Source: Terriglobia bacterium (lineage in GTDB: Bacteria > Acidobacteriota > Terriglobia > JAJPHL01). From it: DNA of 64,000 nucleotides. Below are positions 52,392-62,013 of the stretch, in pieces. The stretch is from NCBI GenBank assembly GCA_021325275.1, contig JAJPHL010000070.1, positions 3,387 to 67,386 on the forward strand, written 5' to 3'. Both the position numbers and the translations under genes were made by a program. Position 1 is the stretch's first letter. Each line of letters begins with the position of its first letter. The notes under the pieces are model-generated. The model saw nothing but the letters and a program-made list of their open reading frames with translations, searched no databases and was not told the DNA's origin.

Positions 52392-53663
52392 TCATATCGC
52401 TTCGGTGCAAACGCGCGCCAGCAAATGCAGGAACAATCCAACGTCGGTCACCAAGCCGATCGTCTGAGACGATCCGCGGTCGGCGATCTTCGTGATCACG
52501 GCGGGATTGATGTCGACCGCCACCAACGGCACGCTCGCCGGCAGCATGTTGGCAACGCCGATGGAGTGCAGCATGGTTCCTAAACACAACACCAGCGACG
52601 CGCCTTCCAGATGTTGCGCGTAGGAATCCTGCGCGCGATTCATGTCGGTGATCGTATCGGGCATGGGACCGTCGTCGCGAATGCTTCCCGCAAACACCAT
52701 GGGAATGCCCGCGCGCACCGACTCATACACAATGCCGCTAGTGAGCACGCCTTGCTCCACCGCCTCGCGCAGACTTCCGCTACGGCGCACCCTGTTGATC
52801 GCGCGCATGTGATGGCGATGACCATGCTCGACCGCGACGCCTTTCTCCAAGTCGAGACCCAGTGAAGTGCCAAACATCGCGCGCTCGCAATCGTGCACGG
52901 CGAGCGCGTTCCCCGAGAGCAAGGCGTGCACCAATCCGCCGCGGATCAGCGACGCCAGCGCCTCCGCCGCGCCGGTGTGAACGACAACCGGTCCGGCGAC
53001 CACCACGGTGCGCCCGCCTTCCTTTTTTACTTGCAACATGCGCGCGGCCGCGCGCCGCGCCGCCAACTCCACGCGGCGCTCCGACGATACTTCGCCCGAC
53101 ATGAAGGAAAATGCGCCGCGCTCGCGCTCCTTGAATCCAGGCACCACGCGCAATCCGGCCGCGCCGCACACCACCAGATCGCCCACGCGAATGTCGCGGA
53201 GTTTGCGGCATTCCGGCACGCGCGGCGCAGCCTCGGCCGTGGCGGCGATCACAATGGCCGCGTCCATGCGTTGACGCGTCACGTCAAGCCAGCGGCCGCC
53301 CAGGCGCACTTGCGTGCGGTGATTCGTGGTGGAGTAAAAATCCTCGGGCGCGCAGCCGTCCGAGTCGGCGGCGCGCAGCAAGGCGTCGTGGATCTGCTCG
53401 GCGCGATGACAGCCGAGTTCCAGCAACTCCACCAGCAATTCCTCCAGCGCCGCCGATTGCGCGGCCAGCACCTTCATTGTGAGGTGCGAAAACTGCTCGT
53501 TGGTGCGGCCGATCTCAAAGGATTGAATTTCGAATTTCGCGCCGTGGGAAATCACTTTGTCCATGATCCGCTCGAGCAGGTGCGAATCGATGAGGTGGCC
53601 TTCGGCTTCGATGGTTTCGGTAAAAGGGTACCCGTCTTCGGACATGTAGAAAAATGATAGCAC
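52392..53663 (-). CDS. TIGR00300/LOR-SDH family protein (ornithine cyclodeaminase-like/ArgZ N-domain-like)
   Basis: FTETIEAEGHLIDSHLL... N-terminus and ~420-aa length are characteristic of the TIGR00300 family. Confidence 0.7.
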   Translation of the reverse strand: MLSFFYMSEDGYPFTETIEAEGHLIDSHLLERIMDKVISHGAKFEIQSFEIGRTNEQFSHLTMKVLAAQSAALEELLVELLELGCHRAEQIHDALLRAADSDGCAPEDFYSTTNHRTQVRLGGRWLDVTRQRMDAAIVIAATAEAAPRVPECRKLRDIRVGDLVVCGAAGLRVVPGFKERERGAFSFMSGEVSSERRVELAARRAAARMLQVKKEGGRTVVVAGPVVVHTGAAEALASLIRGGLVHALLSGNALAVHDCERAMFGTSLGLDLEKGVAVEHGHRHHMRAINRVRRSGSLREAVEQGVLTSGIVYESVRAGIPMVFAGSIRDDGPMPDTITDMNRAQDSYAQHLEGASLVLCLGTMLHSIGVANMLPASVPLVAVDINPAVITKIADRGSSQTIGLVTDVGLFLHLLARVCTEAI

Positions 53664-53769
53664 GCTGCGTTCGGCCGCTCTGTTACGATTGAAAGAAGGC
53701 TTGTCGCTACGCTGCGGCTTCTCTTCGATTCGGCCGGCGGTTCATGGCGCGGCCTTTTGACCGAAAATC

Positions 53770-54273
53770 ATGCGTCCTTTTTCGATTCCAGCCTATTTTC
53801 TGCGCTTGATTTGGGACGGCGTTCCTCTGCTGATTTGGGTGAGCCTCCTCGGCCTCGGGTTCTGGCAGTTGGAGGCCCGCCTGCGAATTGCTCCGGAGCT
53901 CGCGCTGCCCATCGCGGGATTAGGTGTGTGGAGCATCATGTGGATTCTTCGCCCCATCCGAAAATGGTTCAACATGACGGCCTACTACTTGATGGTTTGT
54001 TCGTCCATCAAATGGCTCGAGGAGCTCGGCGTGTGGAAACTCCTGCTGGTTAACGACCGCTATTGGTCGAGCGACATGCCGCTTTACGAAGGCATGGCCG
54101 CGTTCTCCAAAGCGTATCGCGGACACAAGACGGCCATCCGCAAGCGAATCTGCCAAATCCTGTGGCGCTGCGACGCCGTGGGGCGTCCGCACATCGCCAA
54201 ACCGTCGCGCGAATTCCTGCGTGAGGTTGATGCGCCGTTGCGGGATGAGGTGGCAGGCAGTAGCGCAAATTAG
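53770..54273 (+). CDS. hypothetical 2-TM membrane protein, paralog 1 of a tandem pair
   Basis: MRP... start, two hydrophobic helices, LRPIRKW, ELGVWKLLLVNDRYW, GMAAFSKAY. About 30% identical to the next ORF. Lower GC than flanking DNA. Confidence 0.5.
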   Translation: MRPFSIPAYFLRLIWDGVPLLIWVSLLGLGFWQLEARLRIAPELALPIAGLGVWSIMWILRPIRKWFNMTAYYLMVCSSIKWLEELGVWKLLLVNDRYWSSDMPLYEGMAAFSKAYRGHKTAIRKRICQILWRCDAVGRPHIAKPSREFLREVDAPLRDEVAGSSAN

Positions 54274-54362
54274 GACACCGCTACTGCAGCCGCCGCAGCG
54301 CATACCAGCCTTCATGTATGATAATCTTTCAATCGACGCGGTGAAGGTGCGCGCCGATTTAT

Positions 54363-54890
54363 ATGCGTCCGATTTCTGCCGTAGCTACAGCGTTAAACAA
54401 TTTCCTCGACTTCCTTTGGTATCTGCTCTGGTTCGGAGGATGGATCGGCGCCACGTACTGGGCCGAGGAAGAGCGATTTCATATTTCTCTGCCGGTTCCC
54501 TTTTCCTGGATTCTCATAGGAATCGCTGCCGGACTGTTTGTGGCGTACGTATTGCGGCCGTTGCGCAAATTGGGCTACATGTTTCTGGCTCGAGAACTAG
54601 CGCGATCCAGCTCGCGGACCCTGATGGAAGTGGGCGTGTGGCGACTGCTGCGCGTGGCGTATCGTTTTTGGCCGCAGGAGCCGGTGACCGACTACATCGG
54701 TATGGCGGCCGTGCATCGCGTCTACGATCAGTCGGGAGCGAAATCGCAAGAACAACTCTACGCGGTGATCCGGCAGATGGAAAGCTCGCCCGGATGCCCC
54801 GTGGCGCAAGCGGCCCACGATTTTCTCGATCACATGGGACTGGAAGAGGATCGTGCCGCACCGAGTCCCCCGACAGCTTCATACTGGTAA
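54363..54890 (+). CDS. hypothetical 2-TM membrane protein, paralog 2 of a tandem pair
   Basis: MRP... start, two helices, LRPLRKL, EVGVWRLLRVAYRFW, GMAAVHRVY. Candidate TGATAAT -10 at ~54320. Confidence 0.5.
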   Translation: MRPISAVATALNNFLDFLWYLLWFGGWIGATYWAEEERFHISLPVPFSWILIGIAAGLFVAYVLRPLRKLGYMFLARELARSSSRTLMEVGVWRLLRVAYRFWPQEPVTDYIGMAAVHRVYDQSGAKSQEQLYAVIRQMESSPGCPVAQAAHDFLDHMGLEEDRAAPSPPTASYW

Positions 54891-54908
54891 ACGCTTCATA
54901 TTGGTCAG

Positions 54909-56156
54909 GTGAATCCAACCACAGGTATCGTCTTGCTCCTAGCCGGCGCTGCGATCGGCGCGCTATTGGTGTGGATTGTTTGGGGCGTCCGTCGCGAACC
55001 GCCGCCTCCTGTGCGATCGACGCCGCCGCCCGATCCGGCCTTACAACAGCAAGCCCTTCGCGACGCTTTTCAAGCCATGGCCGCGCAAGCCTTGCGCGAG
55101 AACAACGCGCAGTTTCTCGATCAAGCGCGGCGCGTTCTCGATAGTGCGGCGGCGGAATCGGCGCGGCAATCGCGCGGCGACCTCGACCAACGTCGCGAAT
55201 CGATCGAGGGTTTAGTCAAGCCGGTGCAGCAAGCCCTCGGCGAGTTGCAAGGCGAAATCCGCAGGATCGAAGGACAGCGCGAGACGGCGTTTCTTGGCTT
55301 GCAAAGCGAAATCGCGCGGCTGCAGCGCGAAACCGGCAACCTGACGACGGCGCTGAAGCGTCCCCAAACGCGCGGCGCGTGGGGTGAAATCACGCTGCGC
55401 CGCGTAGTGGAAGCGGCCGGCATGTCGGCCCACTGCGATTTCTCCGAACAAACAACCATTGAGGACCAAGACGGCCGCCGCTATCGCCCCGACTTGATCG
55501 TGCATCTGCCGGGCAATCGCGACATTGTGGTGGATTCGAAAACGCCGCTCGACGCCTATCTCGACGCCGTGAATGCCGATACCGAGCAATTACGCACCGC
55601 GGCGCTCGAACGCCACGCGTCGCAAGTCCGCAAGCAAATGGAAGAGCTGAGCGGCAAGGAATATTGGAGCCGCTTGGAACACTCGCCCGAATTTGTGGTG
55701 TTATTTCTTCCCGGCGAATCGTTTTTCAGCGCCGCGCTGGAACAAGATCGCGGCCTGATCGAAATGGGCATCGAACGCCGCGTGATTCTCGCCACGCCCA
55801 CCACGTTGATCGCCGTGCTGAAGGCGGTGGCGTACTCCTGGCGCCAGGAGCAAGTGGCGGACAACGCGCGGCGCATTGGAGAGATGGGAGCAGTTTTGTA
55901 CGAACGCCTGATGAACCTGACGGGGCACTTGCGCGACGTCGGCGACTCGCTCGAGCGCGCCGCGCAGGCGTACAACAAAGCGGTGGGGTCGTACAACTCG
56001 CGCGTGTTGGTAACGGCTCGCAAATTCCGGGAACTCGAAACGACGCCCGCCGCGGAGATCGCGCCACTCGACGAAGTCGACGTGAGAACTCGCAACGCGG
56101 AAGTGAGTCAACAGTCATTGGAATTGTTGTGGCCGGAGAAGCCCGAAGCGGAGTAG
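54909..56156 (+). CDS. rmuC: DNA recombination protein RmuC
   Basis: N-terminal TM helix, coiled coil, and conserved C-terminal RmuC nuclease-like domain (TRGAWGEITLRRVVEAAGM...). Confidence 0.9.
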   Translation: MNPTTGIVLLLAGAAIGALLVWIVWGVRREPPPPVRSTPPPDPALQQQALRDAFQAMAAQALRENNAQFLDQARRVLDSAAAESARQSRGDLDQRRESIEGLVKPVQQALGELQGEIRRIEGQRETAFLGLQSEIARLQRETGNLTTALKRPQTRGAWGEITLRRVVEAAGMSAHCDFSEQTTIEDQDGRRYRPDLIVHLPGNRDIVVDSKTPLDAYLDAVNADTEQLRTAALERHASQVRKQMEELSGKEYWSRLEHSPEFVVLFLPGESFFSAALEQDRGLIEMGIERRVILATPTTLIAVLKAVAYSWRQEQVADNARRIGEMGAVLYERLMNLTGHLRDVGDSLERAAQAYNKAVGSYNSRVLVTARKFRELETTPAAEIAPLDEVDVRTRNAEVSQQSLELLWPEKPEAE

Positions 56157-56167
56157 GCTAAGCATAT

Positions 56168-56389
56168 ATGGTCCAGATTACCGAGGCGGTTTACGAAAAC
56201 GGCGTGCTGAAGCCAACGGAGGAATTGCACCTCCGCGAGCAGGAACACGTCCGCATCATCGTCGAACCCCTGGAACCTCGCCTGGACCGGCAAACGGCTG
56301 TCGCACGACTGAAGGCCGGAATCGCCGGCATGCAATTCTCCTTGACGGGTCCGCTTCCCAAGCGCGACGAATTGCATGAGCGTCCATGA
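56168..56389 (+). CDS. DUF104-family antitoxin (AF2212-like)
   Basis: MVQITEAVYENGVLKPTEELHLREQEHVRIIVEP is the DUF104 signature. Overlaps the next gene by 4 nt (ATGA). Confidence 0.7.
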   Translation: MVQITEAVYENGVLKPTEELHLREQEHVRIIVEPLEPRLDRQTAVARLKAGIAGMQFSLTGPLPKRDELHERP

Positions 56390-56790
56390 CGGGCTACGAC
56401 ACGAACATTCTCATTTACTGCTGCGACTCCTCGGATCTTGTCCGTCAGCGAAAGGCTATGGACTTAATTGAGAGCCGCACAGACGGCGTGCTCTTGTGGC
56501 AGGTCGCGTGCGAGTTTCTGGCAGCTTCGAGAAAACTGGCGCAGCAACGTTTCACGCAAGAGGATGCCTGGAATCGACTGAAAGACTTCCGCAACGTGCT
56601 TCCGCTGATTCTTCCGTCGTCCTCCACCCTATCGAGAGCGGAAACGCTCGTGCGCGTCCATAAGCTTTCCTTCTGGGATGCGATGATTGTCGGCGCATGC
56701 CTTGAAGCAAATATCACTACGCTCTACACTGAAGATCTTCCAAGTGTTCACAAATTCGAAACTTTGCAAATCATAAATCCCTTCGAATAG
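56386..56790 (+). CDS. vapC: PIN-domain toxin VapC
   Basis: YDTNILIY, FWDAMIVGAC and LYTED conserved acidic positions. Confidence 0.8.
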   Translation: MTGYDTNILIYCCDSSDLVRQRKAMDLIESRTDGVLLWQVACEFLAASRKLAQQRFTQEDAWNRLKDFRNVLPLILPSSSTLSRAETLVRVHKLSFWDAMIVGACLEANITTLYTEDLPSVHKFETLQIINPFE

Positions 56791-56835
56791 CGCGATTTTA
56801 GCGCGTGTTATCATACCTCGACGACCGAGGCTCCG

Positions 56836-56991
56836 ATGCCCGCGACCAAAACGCTCATGTTCACGGACATTGTCGATTCGTCAGCACCCACTCGTCGACT
56901 TGGCGACAAGGCTTATTCCACGGTCCTGAAACAACACAACGACCGTATTCGCGAAATCGTCGGATCTATGCTCGCGAAGGTACGCCAATAG
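56836..56991 (+). pseudogene. 51-codon remnant resembling the N-terminus of a class III nucleotidyl-cyclase-domain regulator
   Basis: MPATKTLMFTDIVDSSAPTRRLGDKAYSTVLKQHNDRIREIV resembles the (LM)FTDI(VE)GST...H...R cyclase-homology N-termini. Ends after 51 aa. Not in the ORF track. Confidence 0.3.
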
Positions 56992-57027
56992 TCCCAACAA
57001 TTATCCGATCTGCTATACTGACGCCGC

Positions 57028-58767
57028 ATGTCCTTCCAGTTTTTTCTTCCCTGGCTTGCTGCGCTGCTAATTTCGCCGCCCACCCGCACGACTGTCGTCA
57101 CCACCGACTCGCCACGCGAGTTTCCGCACATCGCCAGCAAAGCCGAGTGGGAATCGCGCGCCGCACAAATCCGCCGGACGATCCTGTTTCGCGCGGGACT
57201 CCTGCCGATGCCCGAACGCACGCCACTGAACGCGCACATATTCGGACGCATGGAACGCAACGGCGTCGCCATGGAAAAAGTTTATTTCGAAAGCGTCCCG
57301 GGATTTTTTGTCACCGGCAATCTCTATCGACCGGCTAATCAGGCAACGACACCGGGACCGCACCCGGCGATTCTTGCGCCTCATGGACATCACGCCTACG
57401 GACGTCTCGCCTCGGACGAAATCTTCAATGAGCCGCTGCGCGCCGCGAATCTCGCGCGACAGGGATACGTCACGTTCACCTACGACATGGTGGGCTACAA
57501 CGACAGCTTTCAAGTCCCGCACGATTACTCGTCGCCCGCCGGGTCGCTGTGGAGTTTTTCCGTCCTCGGGCTGCAATTGTGGAACAGCATCCGCGCGCTC
57601 GATTTTCTCGCGTCGTTGCCGGACGTTGACGCGAATCGCTTGGCCGTATCGGGAGCGTCGGGCGGCGGCACACAAACGTTTCTTCTCACCGCCGTCGACG
57701 ATCGCATCAAGGTGGCGGTGCCGGCGAACATGATTTCGGCGTATATGCAAGGCGGCGACAACTGTGAGAACGCCGCGGGACTCCGCCAGGATTATTTCAA
57801 CGTGGAGTTCGCCGCGGCCGCGGCTCCCCGCCCCATGCTGATGGTCTCCGCCACCGGTGACTGGACGCGCGACAACCAACGCGTGGAATATCCGGCGATC
57901 CGCGAGATCTACAAGCTGATGGGCGCGGAGGATCGCGTGCAGCACGTGCAATTTCAAGCCCCGCACAATTTCAGCCGCCCCGGCCGCGAAGCAAGCTACG
58001 AGTTCTTCGCGAAATGGCTGCGCGAAACGCCCGGCGCCGCCTCGCCGGTGAAGGAAACCGGCGCGCACATTGAAACGCCCGCGAATCTTCTGGTGTGGAC
58101 CGGGCGCGAACGCCCCGCGGGACTTGACGCCGCGGGATTGCTCGACTACTGGCGCAAATTGCCTGTCGATCCTGCGGCAATCGCGTTGGCGGTAGCGCCG
58201 GAAACCGGCGTCGCGCCGAATATGCGTGTGCATTCGCCGTCGCTCGCGAAACCAACCGGAGCCGTGGTGCTCGCGGGCGTCGAAGACTCCGCGCTGATCG
58301 CGGAACTGAACCGCATCGGCCGCGTGGTGATCTTTGTGGAGCCGTTCGAAGAAACGCGCGACGTGAAATCGCGCTACTTCTCGACGTACAATCGCACCGC
58401 CGATCAGCTTCGCGTGTCCGACGTGCTGGCCGCGGCAGCGATCGCGGAAAAACAGTACGGCGCCGTGGATTTGGTCGGCGCGGGGCCCGGCGGATTATGG
58501 GTCCTGGTGGCTCGCGAAGTTGCCGGCGCAACAAATGCAATCCGCATCCGCCACACTGCCGCCGACGCCGGACGTTTTCCCACCGCCGACGAATCGGCGT
58601 ATCTCGAACGCCTGAATATTCCGGGAATCTTGCGCGCCGGCGGATTCGCGAGTCTGCCGAACGAAGGCGTATTGATCCACAACACCGGCGGCGTGTTCAA
58701 ATCACCCGGTGAATTGCACGAGAACGCGCTGACGCCGGCGGAAATCGCCCGATGGGTTGCGCGATAG
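57028..58767 (+). CDS. secreted alpha/beta-hydrolase (acetylxylan-esterase/dienelactone-hydrolase-like)
   Basis: Signal peptide. GxSxG nucleophile elbow VSGASGGG. Glu/Asp and His candidates downstream. Confidence 0.7.
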   Translation: MSFQFFLPWLAALLISPPTRTTVVTTDSPREFPHIASKAEWESRAAQIRRTILFRAGLLPMPERTPLNAHIFGRMERNGVAMEKVYFESVPGFFVTGNLYRPANQATTPGPHPAILAPHGHHAYGRLASDEIFNEPLRAANLARQGYVTFTYDMVGYNDSFQVPHDYSSPAGSLWSFSVLGLQLWNSIRALDFLASLPDVDANRLAVSGASGGGTQTFLLTAVDDRIKVAVPANMISAYMQGGDNCENAAGLRQDYFNVEFAAAAAPRPMLMVSATGDWTRDNQRVEYPAIREIYKLMGAEDRVQHVQFQAPHNFSRPGREASYEFFAKWLRETPGAASPVKETGAHIETPANLLVWTGRERPAGLDAAGLLDYWRKLPVDPAAIALAVAPETGVAPNMRVHSPSLAKPTGAVVLAGVEDSALIAELNRIGRVVIFVEPFEETRDVKSRYFSTYNRTADQLRVSDVLAAAAIAEKQYGAVDLVGAGPGGLWVLVAREVAGATNAIRIRHTAADAGRFPTADESAYLERLNIPGILRAGGFASLPNEGVLIHNTGGVFKSPGELHENALTPAEIARWVAR

Positions 58768-58789
58768 CGCGCTCTGCTATGATTGGGTC

Positions 58790-59026
58790 ATGCCGGCCAA
58801 ACGCATGACGAAGGCGCAAGCGCGGGCTTACGTGCGCGGCTGGGAGGCCGCGAATCGGCGCGAGCGAGTTGCGTTGCGAAGCGCCACTCCCCAGGAAAAT
58901 TTCCGCCAGCTCTGCGCGTTGTTCGCGTCCGCCGATCTCCTGGATTGGAAGCAACAGTTGGCCGAGGAAGACGCGGCGGGACATACGGTTTGGTCCCGAC
59001 TGCAAAAGGCGTACCTTGAACGCTGA
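58790..59026 (+). CDS. hypothetical small protein
   Basis: ORF only. Start chosen at the internal Met to avoid overlapping the hydrolase. Confidence 0.3.
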   Translation: MPAKRMTKAQARAYVRGWEAANRRERVALRSATPQENFRQLCALFASADLLDWKQQLAEEDAAGHTVWSRLQKAYLER

Positions 59027-59127
59027 GCAATATTCCGGAAATCATTCAGAGGCTTGAGGAGCGTCTCAGGCCGGCGAAATCGGCGCGCACCCGCAAGCGC
59101 GGCAAAACTCTCCAGCCGCGTAAAAAA

Positions 59128-59739
59128 TCAAGCTGACGCGTGGCTCTCGCGGCGCGCCTTCAACCAAATCGCCACGATCACCGCGGCCATTGCGCCCATC
59201 ACGCCCATTCCAATCTGCAATCCGTGCGCGCCCGTCCACGTGAGCGCCGCTTGACCGTAGCGCAGCGCCAGGTACGCTTCCACGGTGTAGCGAAAAAGCC
59301 GGCCCAAGCCGATAGCGCCCGCGAATTTCCAGGGATTCACTTCCACCACGCCCGCCGTCAGGATAAACGCTTTGAACGGCGTCGGTGGCGGCAGCATCGA
59401 CGTCACGAGCAGCGTGATGAATTCGTATTTCTCGAAGCGCACACGAATTTGTTGTGCGCGCTTCGCGCCCAAGCGGCGCTCCAAAAACGCGTGACCTCCG
59501 CGCGCCGCGATGAAATACAGAAACACGCAACCCAGCACCGAACCCAACGCGGCGGCCATCACATATTCAGGAATCTTGTTCGGATAGGTCAGTCCCATCG
59601 CGACGACCAACGCGTCAATCGCCTCGGGCAGCGGCATCAAACCGGAATCCACGAACGATAATCCAATCAGTCCAAACGCACCATACGGCAGAAACACGTG
59701 TTGAAACCACGCGCCCCACTTCGCCAATTCATGTTTCAA
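59128..59739 (-). CDS. DedA/TVP38 family membrane protein
   Basis: VFLPYGAFGLIGLSFVDSGLMPLP and FEKYEFITLLVTSMLP motifs. Confidence 0.85.
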   Translation of the reverse strand: MKHELAKWGAWFQHVFLPYGAFGLIGLSFVDSGLMPLPEAIDALVVAMGLTYPNKIPEYVMAAALGSVLGCVFLYFIAARGGHAFLERRLGAKRAQQIRVRFEKYEFITLLVTSMLPPPTPFKAFILTAGVVEVNPWKFAGAIGLGRLFRYTVEAYLALRYGQAALTWTGAHGLQIGMGVMGAMAAVIVAIWLKARRESHASA

Positions 59740-59780
59740 GACGGAATAGCCCTCAATTTGTTATTGTATCTTCAATCCTG

Positions 59781-60983
59781 ATGCTCGCTGTCATCGAGAC
59801 GCATCCCATTCAGTATCGCGGACCACTCTACCGGATGTTGCAACGCGATTTCGGCGTGCCGGTGACGGCGATCTACGCATCCGATTTTTCCGTGCACGGA
59901 TATCGCGACAAGAATTTCGGCGCGACCTTTTCCTGGGACGTCGACTTGCTCTCCGGCTACACGTCGGTGTTTCTCTCGCGCGTGGAATCGGGCGGCGCGC
60001 GCGACGCCGATGCCGCGTCGACCGCGGGAATGCGCCAGGCGCTTGATCGCGTTGCGCCGCGCGCCGTGCTGACCTCAGGGTATAGTCCGCACTTTCATCG
60101 CGCAGCGTTTTGGCACGCGTGGCGCAGCGGTCGTCCCGTGCTCTTCCGAGGGGAAGCAACGGACATGCAGCGTTTCCCACGTTCCATCAAGGATTCCGCG
60201 CGCGATGCCGCGATCTCTTGGATGTACGCACGATGTGCGCGCATCCTTTATATAGGCGAAAGCGCGCGGCGCCACTATCGCGCGCGCGGCGTGCCGGAGA
60301 ACAAGCTGATTTTTTCGCCGTACTTCGTCAACACCGAGCCGTTTCAGGCGGAAGATCCCGGCGGCGCGGCGCGACGCGAAGTCCGCGCGCGTTTCAACAT
60401 TCCACCCGATCGCAAGGTGATGATTTTTTCCGGAAAGCTCAGCGAAGTGAAGCGGCCCGATCTGATGGTCGCGGCCGCGCGACGCTTGCCCGATGCGATT
60501 CGCGAGAATCTGGCCATTCTTTTTCTCGGCGACGGCGTGCTGCGCGACGCTCTCATGCAAACGGCCGCGGCGCCGCCTTTGGTCCACGCGCATTTCGCGG
60601 GATTCCAGAATCAAACCCAAGTCAGCGCGTTCTATCACGCCGCCGATTTTCTCTGTCTGCCGAGTTCGTGGGACACCTGGGGACTGGTGGTCAATGAAGG
60701 ATTGTTTCACGGACTGCCGTGCGTGGTTTCCGATCGCGTGGGTTGCGCCGACGATCTCGTGACGCCCGGCGCCACGGGTGAAGTGTTCGCTAACGGATCG
60801 GCGGAAGAATTGGCGCGCGCCATCGAGCGCATTTGGCCGCGCGTCGGCAGAATCGAGCACGCCGGTGCGTTTGATCCAGGTGGTGACGCGGCCACCGCGC
60901 GGGCTTGCCGTGAACGCGCCGCGCAATATACGATGGAACGAGCCGCCGCGGGAATCGCCGAAGCATATCGCGCGGTCACGTAG
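59781..60983 (+). CDS. GT4-type (GT-B) glycosyltransferase
   Basis: C-terminal FLCLPSSWDTWGLVVNEGLFHGLPCVVSDRVG is the EX7E retaining-GT motif. Confidence 0.8.
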   Translation: MLAVIETHPIQYRGPLYRMLQRDFGVPVTAIYASDFSVHGYRDKNFGATFSWDVDLLSGYTSVFLSRVESGGARDADAASTAGMRQALDRVAPRAVLTSGYSPHFHRAAFWHAWRSGRPVLFRGEATDMQRFPRSIKDSARDAAISWMYARCARILYIGESARRHYRARGVPENKLIFSPYFVNTEPFQAEDPGGAARREVRARFNIPPDRKVMIFSGKLSEVKRPDLMVAAARRLPDAIRENLAILFLGDGVLRDALMQTAAAPPLVHAHFAGFQNQTQVSAFYHAADFLCLPSSWDTWGLVVNEGLFHGLPCVVSDRVGCADDLVTPGATGEVFANGSAEELARAIERIWPRVGRIEHAGAFDPGGDAATARACRERAAQYTMERAAAGIAEAYRAVT

Positions 60984-61002
60984 CCCCGCCTGATTTCTCT
61001 CT

Positions 61003-62010
61003 ATGAACCGACGAATCCTCCTCGTGGCCAATCCCGGGGCCGAGCATGTCGGCGCGCATTTGCTGAGCGCCGCGCGCGAGATGGGCTTGGACGTGCGCAT
61101 GCACAACATGGAGAACGCATATCGCGCGCCGCGATTCATCCGCAGCTTCAATTGGTGGCTGCGCGGACGCTTGCCGTCGCGGCTAAAAGATTTCAGCCAG
61201 GAGATCGTTGAAGCGTCCCGCGATTTTCGTCCCACCCACGTGATCACGACGGGCATTGCGCCGATTTCCGCCGCCGCCCTCGACGAAATCCGGGGCGCAG
61301 TGAGTGGAGAGCCCGCGCGACTGGTGAATTTCCTCACCGACGACCCGTGGAATCGCGCGCATCTGGCGCCTTGGTTCTTCGAAGCGCTGACGCACTACGA
61401 CACCGTGTTCTCGCCGCGCCGCGACGTGATCGGCGATCTGCAAGCGCATGGCTGCCGCCGCGTCGACTATCTGCCGTTCGCGTATTCGCCGGAAGTGCAT
61501 TTTCCGGAAGCGCCGCCGCAGCCGCTCGTGGATCACGACGTCGTGTTCATCGGCGGCGGCGATCCCGACCGCCAGAAGCCGGTGCGGGCGCTCATCGACG
61601 CCGGCATTCGCGTCGCGCTCTATGGCGGATACTGGGATCGCGATCCGCGCACGCGACCGTTCGCACGCGGATTCGTGGGACCGCGCGAATTGCGATGGGT
61701 CACCGGAGCGTCGAAAGTAGTGCTCGGGCTGATCCGCCGTGCGAATCGCGACGGCCATTCGATGCGAACGTTTGAAGCGCCGGCGATGCACGCCTGTCTA
61801 CTGACGGAAGACACGTTCGAGCATCGCGAGATTTTCGGTGAAGAAGGCGAGTGCGTGCTGTATTTTTGTCATCACGCTGAAATGATCGAGAAGGCGCACC
61901 GGTTGCTCGGCGACGCGTCATTGCGCGAACGCCTTTCCGCCGCGGCTCATGCGAAAATCACGGGAGGCGGAAACACGTACCGCCATCGCCTGACTACAAT
62001 GATTGGATAA
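61003..62010 (+). CDS. CgeB-like/Glyco_trans_1_2-type glycosyltransferase family protein
   Basis: Length and FIGGGDPDRQ..., RTFEAPAMHACLLTEDT motifs resemble CgeB/DUF3880 proteins. Confidence 0.55.
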   Translation: MNRRILLVANPGAEHVGAHLLSAAREMGLDVRMHNMENAYRAPRFIRSFNWWLRGRLPSRLKDFSQEIVEASRDFRPTHVITTGIAPISAAALDEIRGAVSGEPARLVNFLTDDPWNRAHLAPWFFEALTHYDTVFSPRRDVIGDLQAHGCRRVDYLPFAYSPEVHFPEAPPQPLVDHDVVFIGGGDPDRQKPVRALIDAGIRVALYGGYWDRDPRTRPFARGFVGPRELRWVTGASKVVLGLIRRANRDGHSMRTFEAPAMHACLLTEDTFEHREIFGEEGECVLYFCHHAEMIEKAHRLLGDASLRERLSAAAHAKITGGGNTYRHRLTTMIG

Positions 62011-62013
62011 TCC

